Source: Atractiella rhizophila (Eukaryota). From it: a stretch of DNA of 53,899 nucleotides. The stretch covers positions 1 through 53,899 of the forward strand of contig MU271487.1 of assembly GCA_021432655.1 (NCBI GenBank), given 5' to 3'. The notes under the pieces were generated by a model. That model did no database searches. It had not been told where the DNA came from and worked only from the letters and a program-made list of their open reading frames with translations. The position numbers and the translations under genes were made by a program. Positions 1 through 11,416 of this stretch are shown piece by piece. Position 1 is the first letter of the stretch; each line of letters begins with the position of its first letter.

Positions 1-218
1 AAGATGATTTAAGATGGTCTCAACCTGAACAATGGGTTCGTTGATCCACCTTTCTTCAAATGTATGCCTCAGTATCTCCCACTTGCTCAGTTTAAGATGT
101 GTGTGTTGCGTCTCTCGAATCGAATGCGAAAGCCAGTCAATTCCTCAAGCTTTATCCAAGGGCGATCAGATGCTATGGCCATCTCCCATCCATTGTCACC
201 TATCTACTGTTATGATCC

Positions 219-1028
219 TTAATCTGCCATCACGACTGCTGCCATTCCCTGAATATTGAATCCATTAAGTTTGAATCCCGCCGCTTCCGCTGCAGGGCTC
301 ATGTCAAACTGTTGGATGATCTTTGCCTGACCTGGAGCATCCAAAGACATGACGTTGATGGTCGTCGCATTCGCGCCATTGACGAACATGAAGCTATTCA
401 CCATCAGCTTCATTGCGAAACAAGAAGGGATACGGACTCTTTGCCAGAAAGAGAGACAATCTTGTTGTCAATGGTTCCGAATCCATCACCTTGAGGGTAT
501 TGCTAGAGACATTCAGCAATGAAAGAGGGACAACGCGATGGACAAACCTTGACAATTGTGGCATTCAAGTTTTCATCAACATTCACTTCCGTCACCTATC
601 TTACGTTCAGGGATTCCGCATACAAAAGAAGGGAAACATCACCAAGGAAGTAGCGATATCTGTCATGTAGAAGTTCCCTGTCGCCTTCGACCGCTGAACC
701 CAGCACACTGCTCCTTGGCCATCCACCTTAATCGAGCTCGACTTCGTTTGGTCCTTCAAGTCGATCACTGTGAATCCGACAGCTGGATCTGTAGCAATCA
801 AAGCGTTCGTTCCAGGTATCAACGAAGAGCCGAAAGGTAGAGCGCCACCAGCTGGCGGGGGGATAGCATTAAAATTTTCAGAAAGGGTTCCCTCAGCATC
901 CACATCCCAAACCGCCAGATGTCCGGGAGCGCCAGGAGCGCCTTTAATCATCGCTATAACTTGAGTGCCATCTTCGCTAAATAGAATGTGGCTCGCTGTT
1001 TTGGCTGGACCGGCTGGAGGTGTGGTTT
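219..1028 (-). CDS. 3' part of a secreted beta-propeller (lactonase/3-carboxymuconate cyclase-like) protein, copy A; 5' half lies in the N gap
   Basis: Near-identical to 3683-4491 (TTPPAGPAKTASHILFSEDGTQV...GQGAVCW...NIQGMAAVVMAD*). Short intron gtccgt...gctgat...tag near 394-438. Stop at 219-221. Confidence 0.75.
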
Positions 1029-1976
1029 NNNNNNNNNNNNNNNNNNNNNNNNNNNNNNNNNNNNNNNNNNNNNNNNNNNNNNNNNNNNNNNNNNNNNNNN
1101 NNNNNNNNNNNNNNNNNNNNNNNNNNNNNNNNNNNNNNNNNNNNNNNNNNNNNNNNNNNNNNNNNNNNNNNNNNNNNNNNNNNNNNNNNNNNNNNNNNNN
1201 NNNNNNNNNNNNNNNNNNNNNNNNNNNNNNNNNNNNNNNNNNNNNNNNNNNNNNNNNNNNNNNNNNNNNNNNNNNNNNNNNNNNNNNNNNNNNNNNNNNN
1301 NNNNNNNNNNNNNNNNNNNNNNNNNNNNNNNNNNNNNNNNNNNNNNNNNNNNNNNNNNNNNNNNNNNNNNNNNNNNNNNNNNNNNNNNNNNNNNNNNNNN
1401 NNNNNNNNNNNNNNNNNNNNNNNNNNNNNNNNNNNNNNNNNNNNNNNNNNNNNNNNNNNNNNNNNNNNNNNNNNNNNNNNNNNNNNNNNNNNNNNNNNNN
1501 NNNNNNNNNNNNNNNNNNNNNNNNNNNNNNNNNNNNNNNNNNNNNNNNNNNNNNNNNNNNNNNNNNNNNNNNNNNNNNNNNNNNNNNNNNNNNNNNNNNN
1601 NNNNNNNNNNNNNNNNNNNNNNNNNNNNNNNNNNNNNNNNNNNNNNNNNNNNNNNNNNNNNNNNNNNNNNNNNNNNNNNNNNNNNNNNNNNNNNNNNNNN
1701 NNNNNNNNNNNNNNNNNNNNNNNNNNNNNNNNNNNNNNNNNNNNNNNNNNNNNNNNNNNNNNNNNNNNNNNNNNNNNNNNNNNNNNNNNNNNNNNNNNNN
1801 NNNNNNNNNNNNNNNNNNNNNNNNNNNNNNNNNNNNNNNNNNNNNNNNNNNNNNNNNNNNNNNNNNNNNNNNNNNNNNNNNNNNNNNNNNNNNNNNNNNN
1901 NNNNNNNNNNNNNNNNNNNNNNNNNNNNNNNNNNNNNNNNNNNNNNNNNNNNNNNNNNNNNNNNNNNNNNNNNNNN
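1029..1976. other. Assembly gap (N run)
   Basis: 948 Ns. Confidence 1.
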
Positions 1977-3584
1977 AAGCTCTCTGCGTTGTGTGTGTAC
2001 AATTTGACTCGTTCACCCTCTATGACTCCGTATGTAAACTTCTTTCCACCTAGTTGCTTGGGTAACAAGTCCAACTCTGGTAGAATTTAGTAGAAAATCG
2101 AGGTGTATGTTCCTAAGCTTCGCGTTGCTTCATTTTTGCCTACACATCCTTCACTTCTGCTTTTATCGGGTCGGGTTTTCAAAAGGAGAGGTCGGTCCAC
2201 CATAAAGGACGTCTGAACTCGAATCGATGAGGCGAACTGGAATGCGTCCGGTTCCACGTCGCGTTACCAACGACTTCTTGATAGCTCATGGATCTACGTA
2301 GTACAACAACTCCAGGGCACTCTGCCGCCGTTCTGTGAGAAAGAGGCTTCCCCCTGTTCCCCCTGTTAACTCAGCAAATCGCGTTTTAAAAAACGTTGAA
2401 GCTTTTTAAAATCCAAGGGTGGTGTAGGGTATTGGGATTTGATGTTCGAACACTTTCCAGGGGCGTGTGCTGACTCGAGTCGTGCGCGACGCTTTACTAC
2501 AGTCGAAACACAGCTTTCTCAAAGACTATGAGTGTTGATTCGATCAACACGACGGGTCTAACAGGAAGCCGGGTTGAAAGAGCGGGTTGATCAGTGGTCT
2601 AGTAGAGGTTAGGACTAAAGGTCGCTTTCGAGCAGGTTCCAGCCAGGAAACTACTCCCGTTCGAAGGTGAAGGATAGGAAAAGTACTACTGATAGGTGTT
2701 GAGACAGGTGTTGAGAACCGAGGGTACGAGAGTTTTCTTATGGCCTTGAGTGAAGGTACTTGGGGTCACTTCACTGTGGATTTGTGTATGTAGGATTTTG
2801 CTTAGGCAGGTAGGAGAGCGGCTATTGATTTCTTGGTTGCCTACTTCAGACCTTTTCGCTAACCTGCGGTGTTAGTGTCAAAATAGCTTTAGCGACTCTG
2901 ACTGTTACGAGTACCTCCTCAACTCCTAGCATGCCTTCTTGACCGTTCCCCTTTGTTTCAACACATGCTAAGGCAGACGGTGGTAGCTCCTGCTCCTCCC
3001 ATTTCTCCGATTCGACTATGTCCAGGGTACAATTCAACTCGTGTCGGCCATGTTAGCTCTTGACTTGTCTGTCTTCTCTTTCCTCGTTCGTACTAAATCT
3101 CTATAAGTGTCGACTCGGCTGTGTTGTTTTGAATGTCCTTAGCCGTGAGTCCTCCCTCCAGCCCGTGAGGGTTGTCCTTTACTCTCGGTCGAGGGTCTGG
3201 TCCTATGACCGATTGCCTTCCTCTCTCCCCTCTCCCGCCCATAAACAGTTCAAGATCCCTACAATTCGGTTCTCCATTAACCTCTGGACGACCGCGTCTC
3301 CTCCTCTCCTCCTCCTCCTTGTCAGCAGGTGCAGCACTTATAGCTCGCTACATTAGGAGGTTGAGCGGCAAGCGTATTTCAAGAGGTCAAGTGTGAAGAA
3401 GGTGAAAAACCCGGCTGTTACGAGGGGGAGGAAGACGGAGTCTAGAGAGTGGCGCGTAAGCAGGTTTCCTATACAGTACGTGGGAAAAGTTTGGAAGTTG
3501 TCGTGAATTATAGTAGAAACGGAGGAGAAGTAAGGTTTTACGTAAGTCCAGGTTGCTGCATTGTAAGCCGCTTGAGCGCCGCTT
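1977..3584. repeat. Degenerate TpA-rich tract, probable hypermutated repeat/TE relic
   Basis: No intact ORF. One minus frame around 3050-3400 is punctuated only by TAA/TAG stops. High TpA/ApT by hand count. Ends where homology between the two propeller copies begins (~3585). Confidence 0.45.
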
Positions 3585-3682
3585 CGAATGCGAAAGCCAG
3601 TCAATTCCTCAAGCTTTATCCAAGGGCGATCAGATGCTATGCTCATCTCCCATCCATTGTCACCTATTTACTGTTATGATCC

Positions 3683-5223
3683 TTAATCTGCCATCACGAC
3701 TGCTGCCATTCCCTGAATATTGAATCCATTGAGTTTGAATCCCGCCGCTTCCGCTGCAGGGCTCATGTCAAACTGTTGGATGATCTTTGCCTGACCTGGA
3801 GCATCCAAAGACATAACGTTGATGGTCGTCGCATTCGCGCCATTGACGAACATGAAGCTATTCACCATCAGTTTCAATGCAAAACAAGAAGGGATACGGA
3901 CTCTTTGCCGGAAAGAGAGACAATCTTGTTGTCGATGGTTCCGAAGCCATCGCCTTGAGGGTATTGCTAGAGACTTTTAGCAATGAAAGTGGGACAACGC
4001 AATGGACAAACCTTGACGATTGTGGCATTCAAGTTTTTATCAACATTCACTTCCGTCACCTATCTTACGTTCAGGCATTTCGCATACAAAAGAAGGGAAA
4101 CCTCACTAAGGAAGTAGCGATATCTGTCATGTAGAAGTTCCCTGTCGCCTTCGACCGCTGAATCCAGCACACTGCTCCTTGGCCATCCACCTTGATTGCG
4201 CTTGACTTCGTTTGGTCCTTCAAGTCGATTACTGTGAATCCGACAGCTGGATCTGTCGCAATCAAAGCGTTCGTTCCAGGTATCAACGAAGAGCCGAAAG
4301 GTAGAGCGCCACCAGCTGGCGGGGGGACAGCAGTAAATTTTTCAGAAAGAGTTCCCTTAGCATCAACATCCCAAACCGCCAAATGTCCCGGAGCGTCAGG
4401 AGCGCCTTTAATCATCGCGATGACTTGAGTGCCATCTTCGCTAAATAGAATGTGGCTTGCTGTTTTGGCTGGACCGGCTGGAGGTGTCGTTTGGTTGAGA
4501 TCTAGAGAACGGAAACTGGTGGATGGACAGGCGCGCATCCCTTTGACGGATGAGACCAAGAAACACGCTAGTTCAATCTCAGATCTCTGCCCTCGTCAAA
4601 GAACAAGAGGGGGACACACCAACTCCAGCCTTTGCACCTCCATTGAGCGCACACAGCTGATCCCCCACCGGGTTGAAAGCCAAACTGACTGGGAATTCCC
4701 CCCCAGAGCTAACAGGTTTACCTAGTAGTCGGAGTTGAGAAGGATTGCGTTGATCGATCGCAAATAGAGATATCGAATTGCTGCCTGGGTTCACTGCTGC
4801 AAGCAGGCTACCGTTGGAGGATGTGACCACAGAGCCTTGTGAGAAGAGAGGATCTGGGGAGTTTACGGGATCCGTAACGCCTCGAGATCCTTTACCGCCA
4901 GTCCTGAAGGCTCTTGCGAGAGACTATATCACGTTCATAAGGACGAGCAGAAGCTGAGAGGAGCTGACAGACCAATTCACCGTTGGGAGCAATGTTGGCT
5001 GTAACAACAAAGTTGTTTTCGCCTGGCTCATTGGAAATGACTATGTTCCGCCTCAGCGAGTGCTTCTTTCCAATACGGACTTACAATAAGCAGCACCAGA
5101 GACAGTAGCCAAATTCAACCCCCGATTTAGTTGATGTCCTCCTCGGCGACTTCCGGGCTCGAGAGGAGCCGCAAATGATGAAGAGAGTAAAGCAACGATG
5201 AAAAGGAAACTGAGTGGCTTCAT
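3683..5223 (-). CDS. Secreted beta-propeller protein (lactonase/3-carboxymuconate cyclase-like), copy B, multi-exon
   Basis: Signal-peptide-like MKPLSFLFIVALLSSSFAAP. Motifs GAAY...SNEPGEN, LFSQGSV, AVNPGSNSISLFAID, SGGEFPVSLA typical of fungal secreted propeller proteins. GT-AG introns. Stop 3683-3685. Confidence 0.8.
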
Positions 5224-6267
5224 TTCGATAAAGAAGGTCTTGAAAACAAAGTCGACCGGCGACAAAAGATTACGGAAATGCTGCTAGAAAGATGAAAAAT
5301 TCAAAAGCAACGTCAAGTTAGGATGACTGGCACACCACCGAAAGATGAAAGGGTTCTACCTTCTTGACACCAGGCCGCTTCGCTCCACTTGCACGAAGAA
5401 AACAGCGCTTTGAATCCAAAGGAATGATGGCTTTTGGCTTTCAAGGGACAAGGTCCCTTGGACCTTTTTTATAGAGGCACAAGGTCGGTTATAGACATTC
5501 CAACCGAGTTGCTAAGGGAGGATTGCAGTGGACTGCCCCCAGCTCCAACAAATACAATTGAGGGTTGCCTACACCATCAAAGACAATATGTGGACGAGCG
5601 CAAGTCCTATAACCGCCATTGATGATTCATGATTTTGATGGAGCTCGATGGAGCTGGTCAGCTAGACGCGACGGGCTCTGGTGTGTGGGTACGCCGAGGA
5701 GAAAGAGGAAAGCTTCCCTACTTCCGAGTCGAAGTTTCAATAGTTGTTAGTTACTTGATTGTAGGTATTAATAACACTTGGACGCACGAAACATGTTGTA
5801 AGGCCCAAACCTCAGAACTTGTTCCGACCATAAATTTTGTTTGTAAGGCACCTGACATTCAGCTACAAGTAAGGTTAGTCATCTTAAAATCCCTAACATT
5901 ACGGCAACATTACATTATCATGTAATGGTGAGAGCGCTGGCATAGTCCCATTTCGCTCCAAATGACTGACCTGGCCTTCCAGCTTATGAATATAGCTAAA
6001 ATGTTATCCAGCTATCTCCCCCTATCATTTCCGTTAATCGTATGCGCTTGAAGATGGCTGGAGAGGTGTGAAAGGAGTTATATCATTACCCTGGGGTTGC
6101 GGTCTATGTCTTTTCCAAGTTAGGCACCCGCCGCTTCCAGAAGAAGGTATGTGTTGCCGCATTTGAAGGTCAGACTGTGTCTTATCTCACATTCACATTC
6201 TCAAGTATGCCGATGATAACGCAGATTCACGGTATAGTAGTCTGCCTAAGTGTGGTGACATTTTGAA

Positions 6268-7983
6268 ATGACTGAAACGCAAACATCCATCTTGGATTTT
6301 CAGGACTTGGAAGCGACTGCACTTATCCATCTTATCACTCCAGAAGCCTATACGACTTCACTCAAACTCTCCATTCTTCCCTCTCTCCTCTCCTACCTGC
6401 CTCCATCAATCCATACGCCACGGATCACTCTTTTCTTACCCCTTGCATTCCTGGATTCCGACCCTGCGGAGGTAACCTCGAAACTATCCTCTTTCCCACT
6501 CAAACGCCTCCAAAATGTAGTTGAAACCGGCAGAACAGCTAATATTTGGGTCAACATCGACGAGAGAAGTGTCACAGTTACCTTTGAAGCGGATGAAGGC
6601 CCTGCACTCGTCCATTCTGAAAATTGGCCCTCATTCAACAACGGCTTCAATCGCAAGTTTCCTCTCTCAGAGGATCGTTCTCAGGCCTTCTTCGCCCCGA
6701 TCGCCTTATATAACGAGGACCAACAGCGTTTCCTTCCAATTAGTAATCATGAAGCATCATCTCTTCCATCCCTCTACCAGAAAATTGGGACCAGCATCCA
6801 ACTCTCAATCTCCCCAACTCTGGTGCTTCATCCGTGCTCCATATCACACCTCCCTAGAGAGTTGCTCTCTATCATCTTCGATTTCTTCGCCGACAGCGAA
6901 CCCAGATACAGCGCAGCCACCATGCTCTCTGCTGTCTGCACGCACTGGCTAGCCGTTGCAGCCGCTTATTGGAACAGCGCTGCTCATGCTTCTGCGGAAG
7001 TGAAGCACGCTCACTTGGATCTGTATCCTGGTGCTGGAAGGCGATGGAGAGAACTGTGGTTCAAAGAAAGGATGAACGTTAAAATGGTAAAAGAGGTCAT
7101 AGCTGGCTCGCCGAATGTTACGCAAGTGTGGATGGATGCGTTTTGGAATGAAAGGGAGGCGGAGATGGTTTTGCGTGCAATTGAAAGCTTGAAAACGCTG
7201 GAAAAGGTAACCTTCGGACAATTCGGTTCGAGAAAGTGGAGGAAGAAAGAGGTCGAGACTTTCATGTGGAGGATGAGCGGGAGGGTCAAACAACTCGAAG
7301 CCTACGAAGTGGACGACTCTGCTTATTCGTCATCAACCGGGCTCCAATTATCTCCTGGCCTAACATCCTTGTTCCTTCGAACTTATCCACCTCTTCCATC
7401 GCTCTCCATCCCGCTCTCCCTCTTGACCCTGAGTCTCTCCCACATGTGTCCCCTCCCACCTTCCATTTCAGATTCCCCTCTACCACCTCTTCTCGAACAT
7501 CTCCGAATGGAACTGTCCCCTTTCTCGGTGGATGAAGATATGTCCATCCTCCCCACTCCGCTGGACTTTTCACATCTCACACACCTTACTTCGCTCTTCC
7601 TTGACGGTGGAGGTGAAGCTTCAAACCTCGTTTCCCCCGACTTCTTCAGCACTCTAGAAAATGCAAAAGCGATCGAACGCATAGAGATTATGTACTGCGT
7701 GGTGGAGTGGATCAATTTCCGAGAATTTATCTCTTGGTTCTTTGGAGATCGTGGAGTGAAGAAAGTGAAGAAGGACGGGGATGTGATTGAGGAGGATGGT
7801 TCCCAGGAGAGAGAACCGAGCGAACGAGGTTTACAGGTTCTGTTGTTATTTGGAGAGTGGGAGGAGGAAGAAATCAGGATCGCTGGCAGGACAATGAGAG
7901 AGTGTGGGGTTGGCGACCTGAGGCCGTCAAAGATTTGTTGGGGCAGTGTTCTGGAAGATGATGGGAGTCAACTTCCCGAGTAA
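6268..7983 (+). CDS. Intronless F-box-like/LRR-like protein with an unrecognised N-terminal domain (family copy 1)
   Basis: 571-aa ORF. Central F-box-like motif ISHLPRELLSIIFDFF...LSAVCTHW. Leu-rich repeats (LTSLFL, LEHLRM, HLTHLTSLFLDGG). Homologous to 28440-30188, 45228-47072 and 47540-48751. Confidence 0.8.
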   Translation: MTETQTSILDFQDLEATALIHLITPEAYTTSLKLSILPSLLSYLPPSIHTPRITLFLPLAFLDSDPAEVTSKLSSFPLKRLQNVVETGRTANIWVNIDERSVTVTFEADEGPALVHSENWPSFNNGFNRKFPLSEDRSQAFFAPIALYNEDQQRFLPISNHEASSLPSLYQKIGTSIQLSISPTLVLHPCSISHLPRELLSIIFDFFADSEPRYSAATMLSAVCTHWLAVAAAYWNSAAHASAEVKHAHLDLYPGAGRRWRELWFKERMNVKMVKEVIAGSPNVTQVWMDAFWNEREAEMVLRAIESLKTLEKVTFGQFGSRKWRKKEVETFMWRMSGRVKQLEAYEVDDSAYSSSTGLQLSPGLTSLFLRTYPPLPSLSIPLSLLTLSLSHMCPLPPSISDSPLPPLLEHLRMELSPFSVDEDMSILPTPLDFSHLTHLTSLFLDGGGEASNLVSPDFFSTLENAKAIERIEIMYCVVEWINFREFISWFFGDRGVKKVKKDGDVIEEDGSQEREPSERGLQVLLLFGEWEEEEIRIAGRTMRECGVGDLRPSKICWGSVLEDDGSQLPE

Positions 7984-8154
7984 GATGCGCCAAGAAGTTA
8001 CTCAGTGAAGGATCTGTCACTTTCACGTTGGCAGACTCTTTCAACGGAGCGTGAGAGCCTTTATCTCATTAAGTAGGTGATATATTGTATGGATGTACAT
8101 GGTCTAAGTCCTTGAATTGAATGTCCTGGGAAATGCCACTGAAGGCAGAACGTA

Positions 8155-10792
8155 TTACCAACTAAAGTCGGCTTGTTTATTTGCCATCCCCATATAAGGA
8201 ACAACAACGGTCTGGCTTGGTTCAACGAAGAGGATGTGCCCGCTATAAATCGGAAACCTGAATGGAAATCAGTATCTACGGATGCAGCTGCAGAATAGTA
8301 AGAACATACTGAGGGTGATCCTCTGGCTTCTGAAATGAAACGACTACATCCACAGAGCCCCCAGCCGCAACTGTTACGCTTTCAGGGGCAGAAACAGTCG
8401 TCAGAGGGTCATTTGTTGTCTGGGGCGTTTCTCCACTCCGACGCGTCTCGCCTTCGGCGTAAGCAAAAGCAGTGACAGAAGATTGCGCTTTGACCATGAA
8501 TCGTCTCTCCTCCTTCCCAAAGTTGGTGAGCTTGACAGTATGATTGGACACAAAATTGACAGTATCGTTGAGATTGAGGGCGTAGGGTTCGAAAGTGACA
8601 GAGTTGTCGACTGCTCGCTGCACATTCAGTCTTCCGCTCCCAGTTTGAGCAGCTGAAGCGATGGATGAATCCTCATCCGAAACAGCGAGGAGTTGAGCGG
8701 TCGATGAGAACAGGCTGCGAATCTGCAAGCCGGTCAATCCTTCAGCCTTTCTTGCGCTCAACCACAAAGCCGCGCTTCCGGCGGCGAGAGGAGAAGCGAC
8801 ACTGGTACCCGAAAACTCTTGATACTTGCCACCAAAGGTGGTGGTGAAAACGCCGTCGACAGGTGCGAGGAATGACGGGTTGAGGACCGGTCCCGTCAGC
8901 GTCAAGGAAGGCCCCCAAGAAGAAAGACCTGGGCTCGGCAGACCGATACCTGAACCAGACTGAGCGCCGCGTGTGAGAGAGGTGAAGTCGATAGTCTGGT
9001 TAGGAGAAGCATGGAGGAGAGTAAAGACGTCGGCGCTGATGTATCCAACCCCTTTGAGACCTTGCTCTAGGCCCGAGGTCGTACCGGGAACATCTGCCAT
9101 GACGAGAATGTATGATGCTTTTGCCGCCCCAAGGTTGGAGAATTTTGGTCCGTATCTGCCCATCCTGTATAAACAAGCGTCGTTGGACTTTGGGGAAAGA
9201 ACAAACCTGCAACCACCGGATCTTACCAGCGTAACAACTCCAGAGAGATCAGTGCCGGCTGGGAATGGAGAACAAGCATCATTGATGACGGAAGAGTTCG
9301 GATTCGAAGCATCGTAAAGGGGCAGGGAGGCGTTGAATGGGAAGTAGCTGTAATAACCGAACGTCGACCCATTGGTAGTCTTTCCTTCATAGGAAAAAAT
9401 AGGGCTTGTATCTACTCCTCCTATGGACCAGACATTCGGCGCTTGACCGACGGCTGCTGTTAGGAACATGCCCTCTGAGCCTGAGTTTCCTATGGAAGCA
9501 GTGATAATGACACCTTGCTGTTCCACAAGATGAGGTCAAGATTTGCAAGAGATACTGGAACTTACCTCCCGTGCAAGACGATCAGCTACCAAAGCAGCTG
9601 GATTATCGTCGAAATATGGAGATCCAATAACGAGCGAGACATTAATGACATCGGCTCTACAGGTGTCACGACTTCACGGTGCCATCGTTTGGTTTGACAA
9701 AGGAACATACCCATCCTCCACAGCCGCGAGTAAAGCATCAATCCAGACTTCCTGGGTTGAATACCTTCATTCCGCTATCTCAGTTCTTTCTCATGGCGCG
9801 ATGTCGGCGAAGGAAGACGCACACTCCACCACATCCGTACACGCGGTAAAATCCCAGTTCTGCCAAAGGTGCGATGCCAAAAAATGGGTAATCGTCGTTG
9901 GGGTCCGCAGCAATGGAGCCTGCCTAACCATGGGAGAATGGATGAGATCTTGCCGTTGCATTGTAAAGAGGGTGAACATACGACGTTTGTTCCGTGTGGA
10001 AGGATTCCACAAAGGTCCATTGGGTCGTCATCCTTTTCCTTCCTCAGATATGTGTCATGGGATAGAAAAAGGATCAGTTACAGGGACAGGGACATCGCCG
10101 TCGGCTTGGAAGTCGTCACCCTTACCTCGCATTATTGAAGAAAGCTTCAGTGCATAAAGGGGACACCTACGACCATATCACGTCCAAAAGATACCTTGCA
10201 ACCAGCTCCAAAGCATCCTCCTAATGCCGGATGGGTGTAATCGAATCCCGAATCGATAATAGCGACTTTGATGCCTGCCCATCCGCTTAATCAGCAGTAG
10301 TTTCTGCTTGATGCAAATGAAGGGCGGACCTTGACCTAGAATCCCACGCTGATGTAACGAAGTCGCGTTGATGAGTTGATGAGGGAAGTAGTCGCTGTTC
10401 TTGAACCCTTCATAATCCGGACCAAAAGGTGGCACATAATCTCTCTTCTTCTGAACCGCTCCTTCTGATACATTCCGCTTGGACTTCCATTTGCCCGACC
10501 GCTTCATCTCTCGCATCCTGGCGGCGTCAGGATGCGCAACCCTCTCGTTCTCCCATGCATTCTTCACGCCGTCCAGAGAACGTAATTCGGAGAGAGAAAG
10601 CGAGACGTTGCGCAGGGATAGTCCATTGAACGAGGAGTGTGTCCAGCGACGAGTGATCTGGGTACCGGGAGGAAGGGAGACGGAGGAAGGTGAAGCATTC
10701 GAGGAAAGCTCGACGATGTAGCCGTTCGACGGCGCGGCTTGGGCTGAGGAGAACAACAGAACGAGTGGAAGAATGAGTGACGGGGACAGCAT
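8155..10792 (-). CDS. Secreted subtilisin-like serine protease (S8, PA domain + Fn3-like/DUF1034; Vpr/C5a-like fungal type), multi-exon
   Basis: Signal peptide MLSPSLILPLVLLFSSAQA, I9-like prodomain, catalytic Asp (VAIIDSGFDYTHPALGG), His (PHGTNV), oxyanion Asn (SIGNSGSEG), Ser (SGTSVASP), PA-like DACSP...LVRSGGC. Last exon FPIYSGHI...VPYMG ends at TAA 8155 (3' end uncertain). Confidence 0.88.
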
Positions 10793-11416
10793 TGTAGCTA
10801 GATTAGTCCACAAGGCCGTATAACAGCTAGTATTAAAATGGAATGGTAGAAAGAGGGCGACGGGTAACAGCGAGCGCTCTTATAACATCACTGGACAACA
10901 TGGGGACGAAGGAAGGTATGTCGGTCTGACATGAAGCATGCGGACTCACTCGGAAACAAGGACAGGCATCGTTCACTTGCCCGTACACAGGACACGGTGG
11001 ACACCAGGACAACCTGTAGTAGAATACATCCTGAATTCAGCTTGCCGCTTGTTGCTTTTCAAATTCTCATGCATTGCTACCTTGGTTCTGATTGGTTTCA
11101 AGTGAGTGAGCTCTCCGCCGTTCACCCCTGGGCGGGAAGGCTGAACGATTAACTCACCACAAGATTACTCGTAAGCCCTTTGCAGCCTTGCTTATAGCAA
11201 GGTCACTGGCAAGCTACACGCATGCCTTACCAGTCAAACCTTGGTGCACTGGTATTTACTGTGAGTATTAGGAGTCCAATGCCTCTATTGCTTTCAATAT
11301 TGTTTGGATATTTTACCTCTGCAAAAGGATTGAGTGACACTTTAAATGATAAATGAGTCTACGCTCGATTGGAGACGGTGGACTGGCAAAGAGGGTCCAG
11401 TGACTTTTGCCTCAAC

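Noticed and set aside
607..2090. Long ORFs of 339-469 aa in the ORF track
   Set aside because: Artefacts of reading through the N gap
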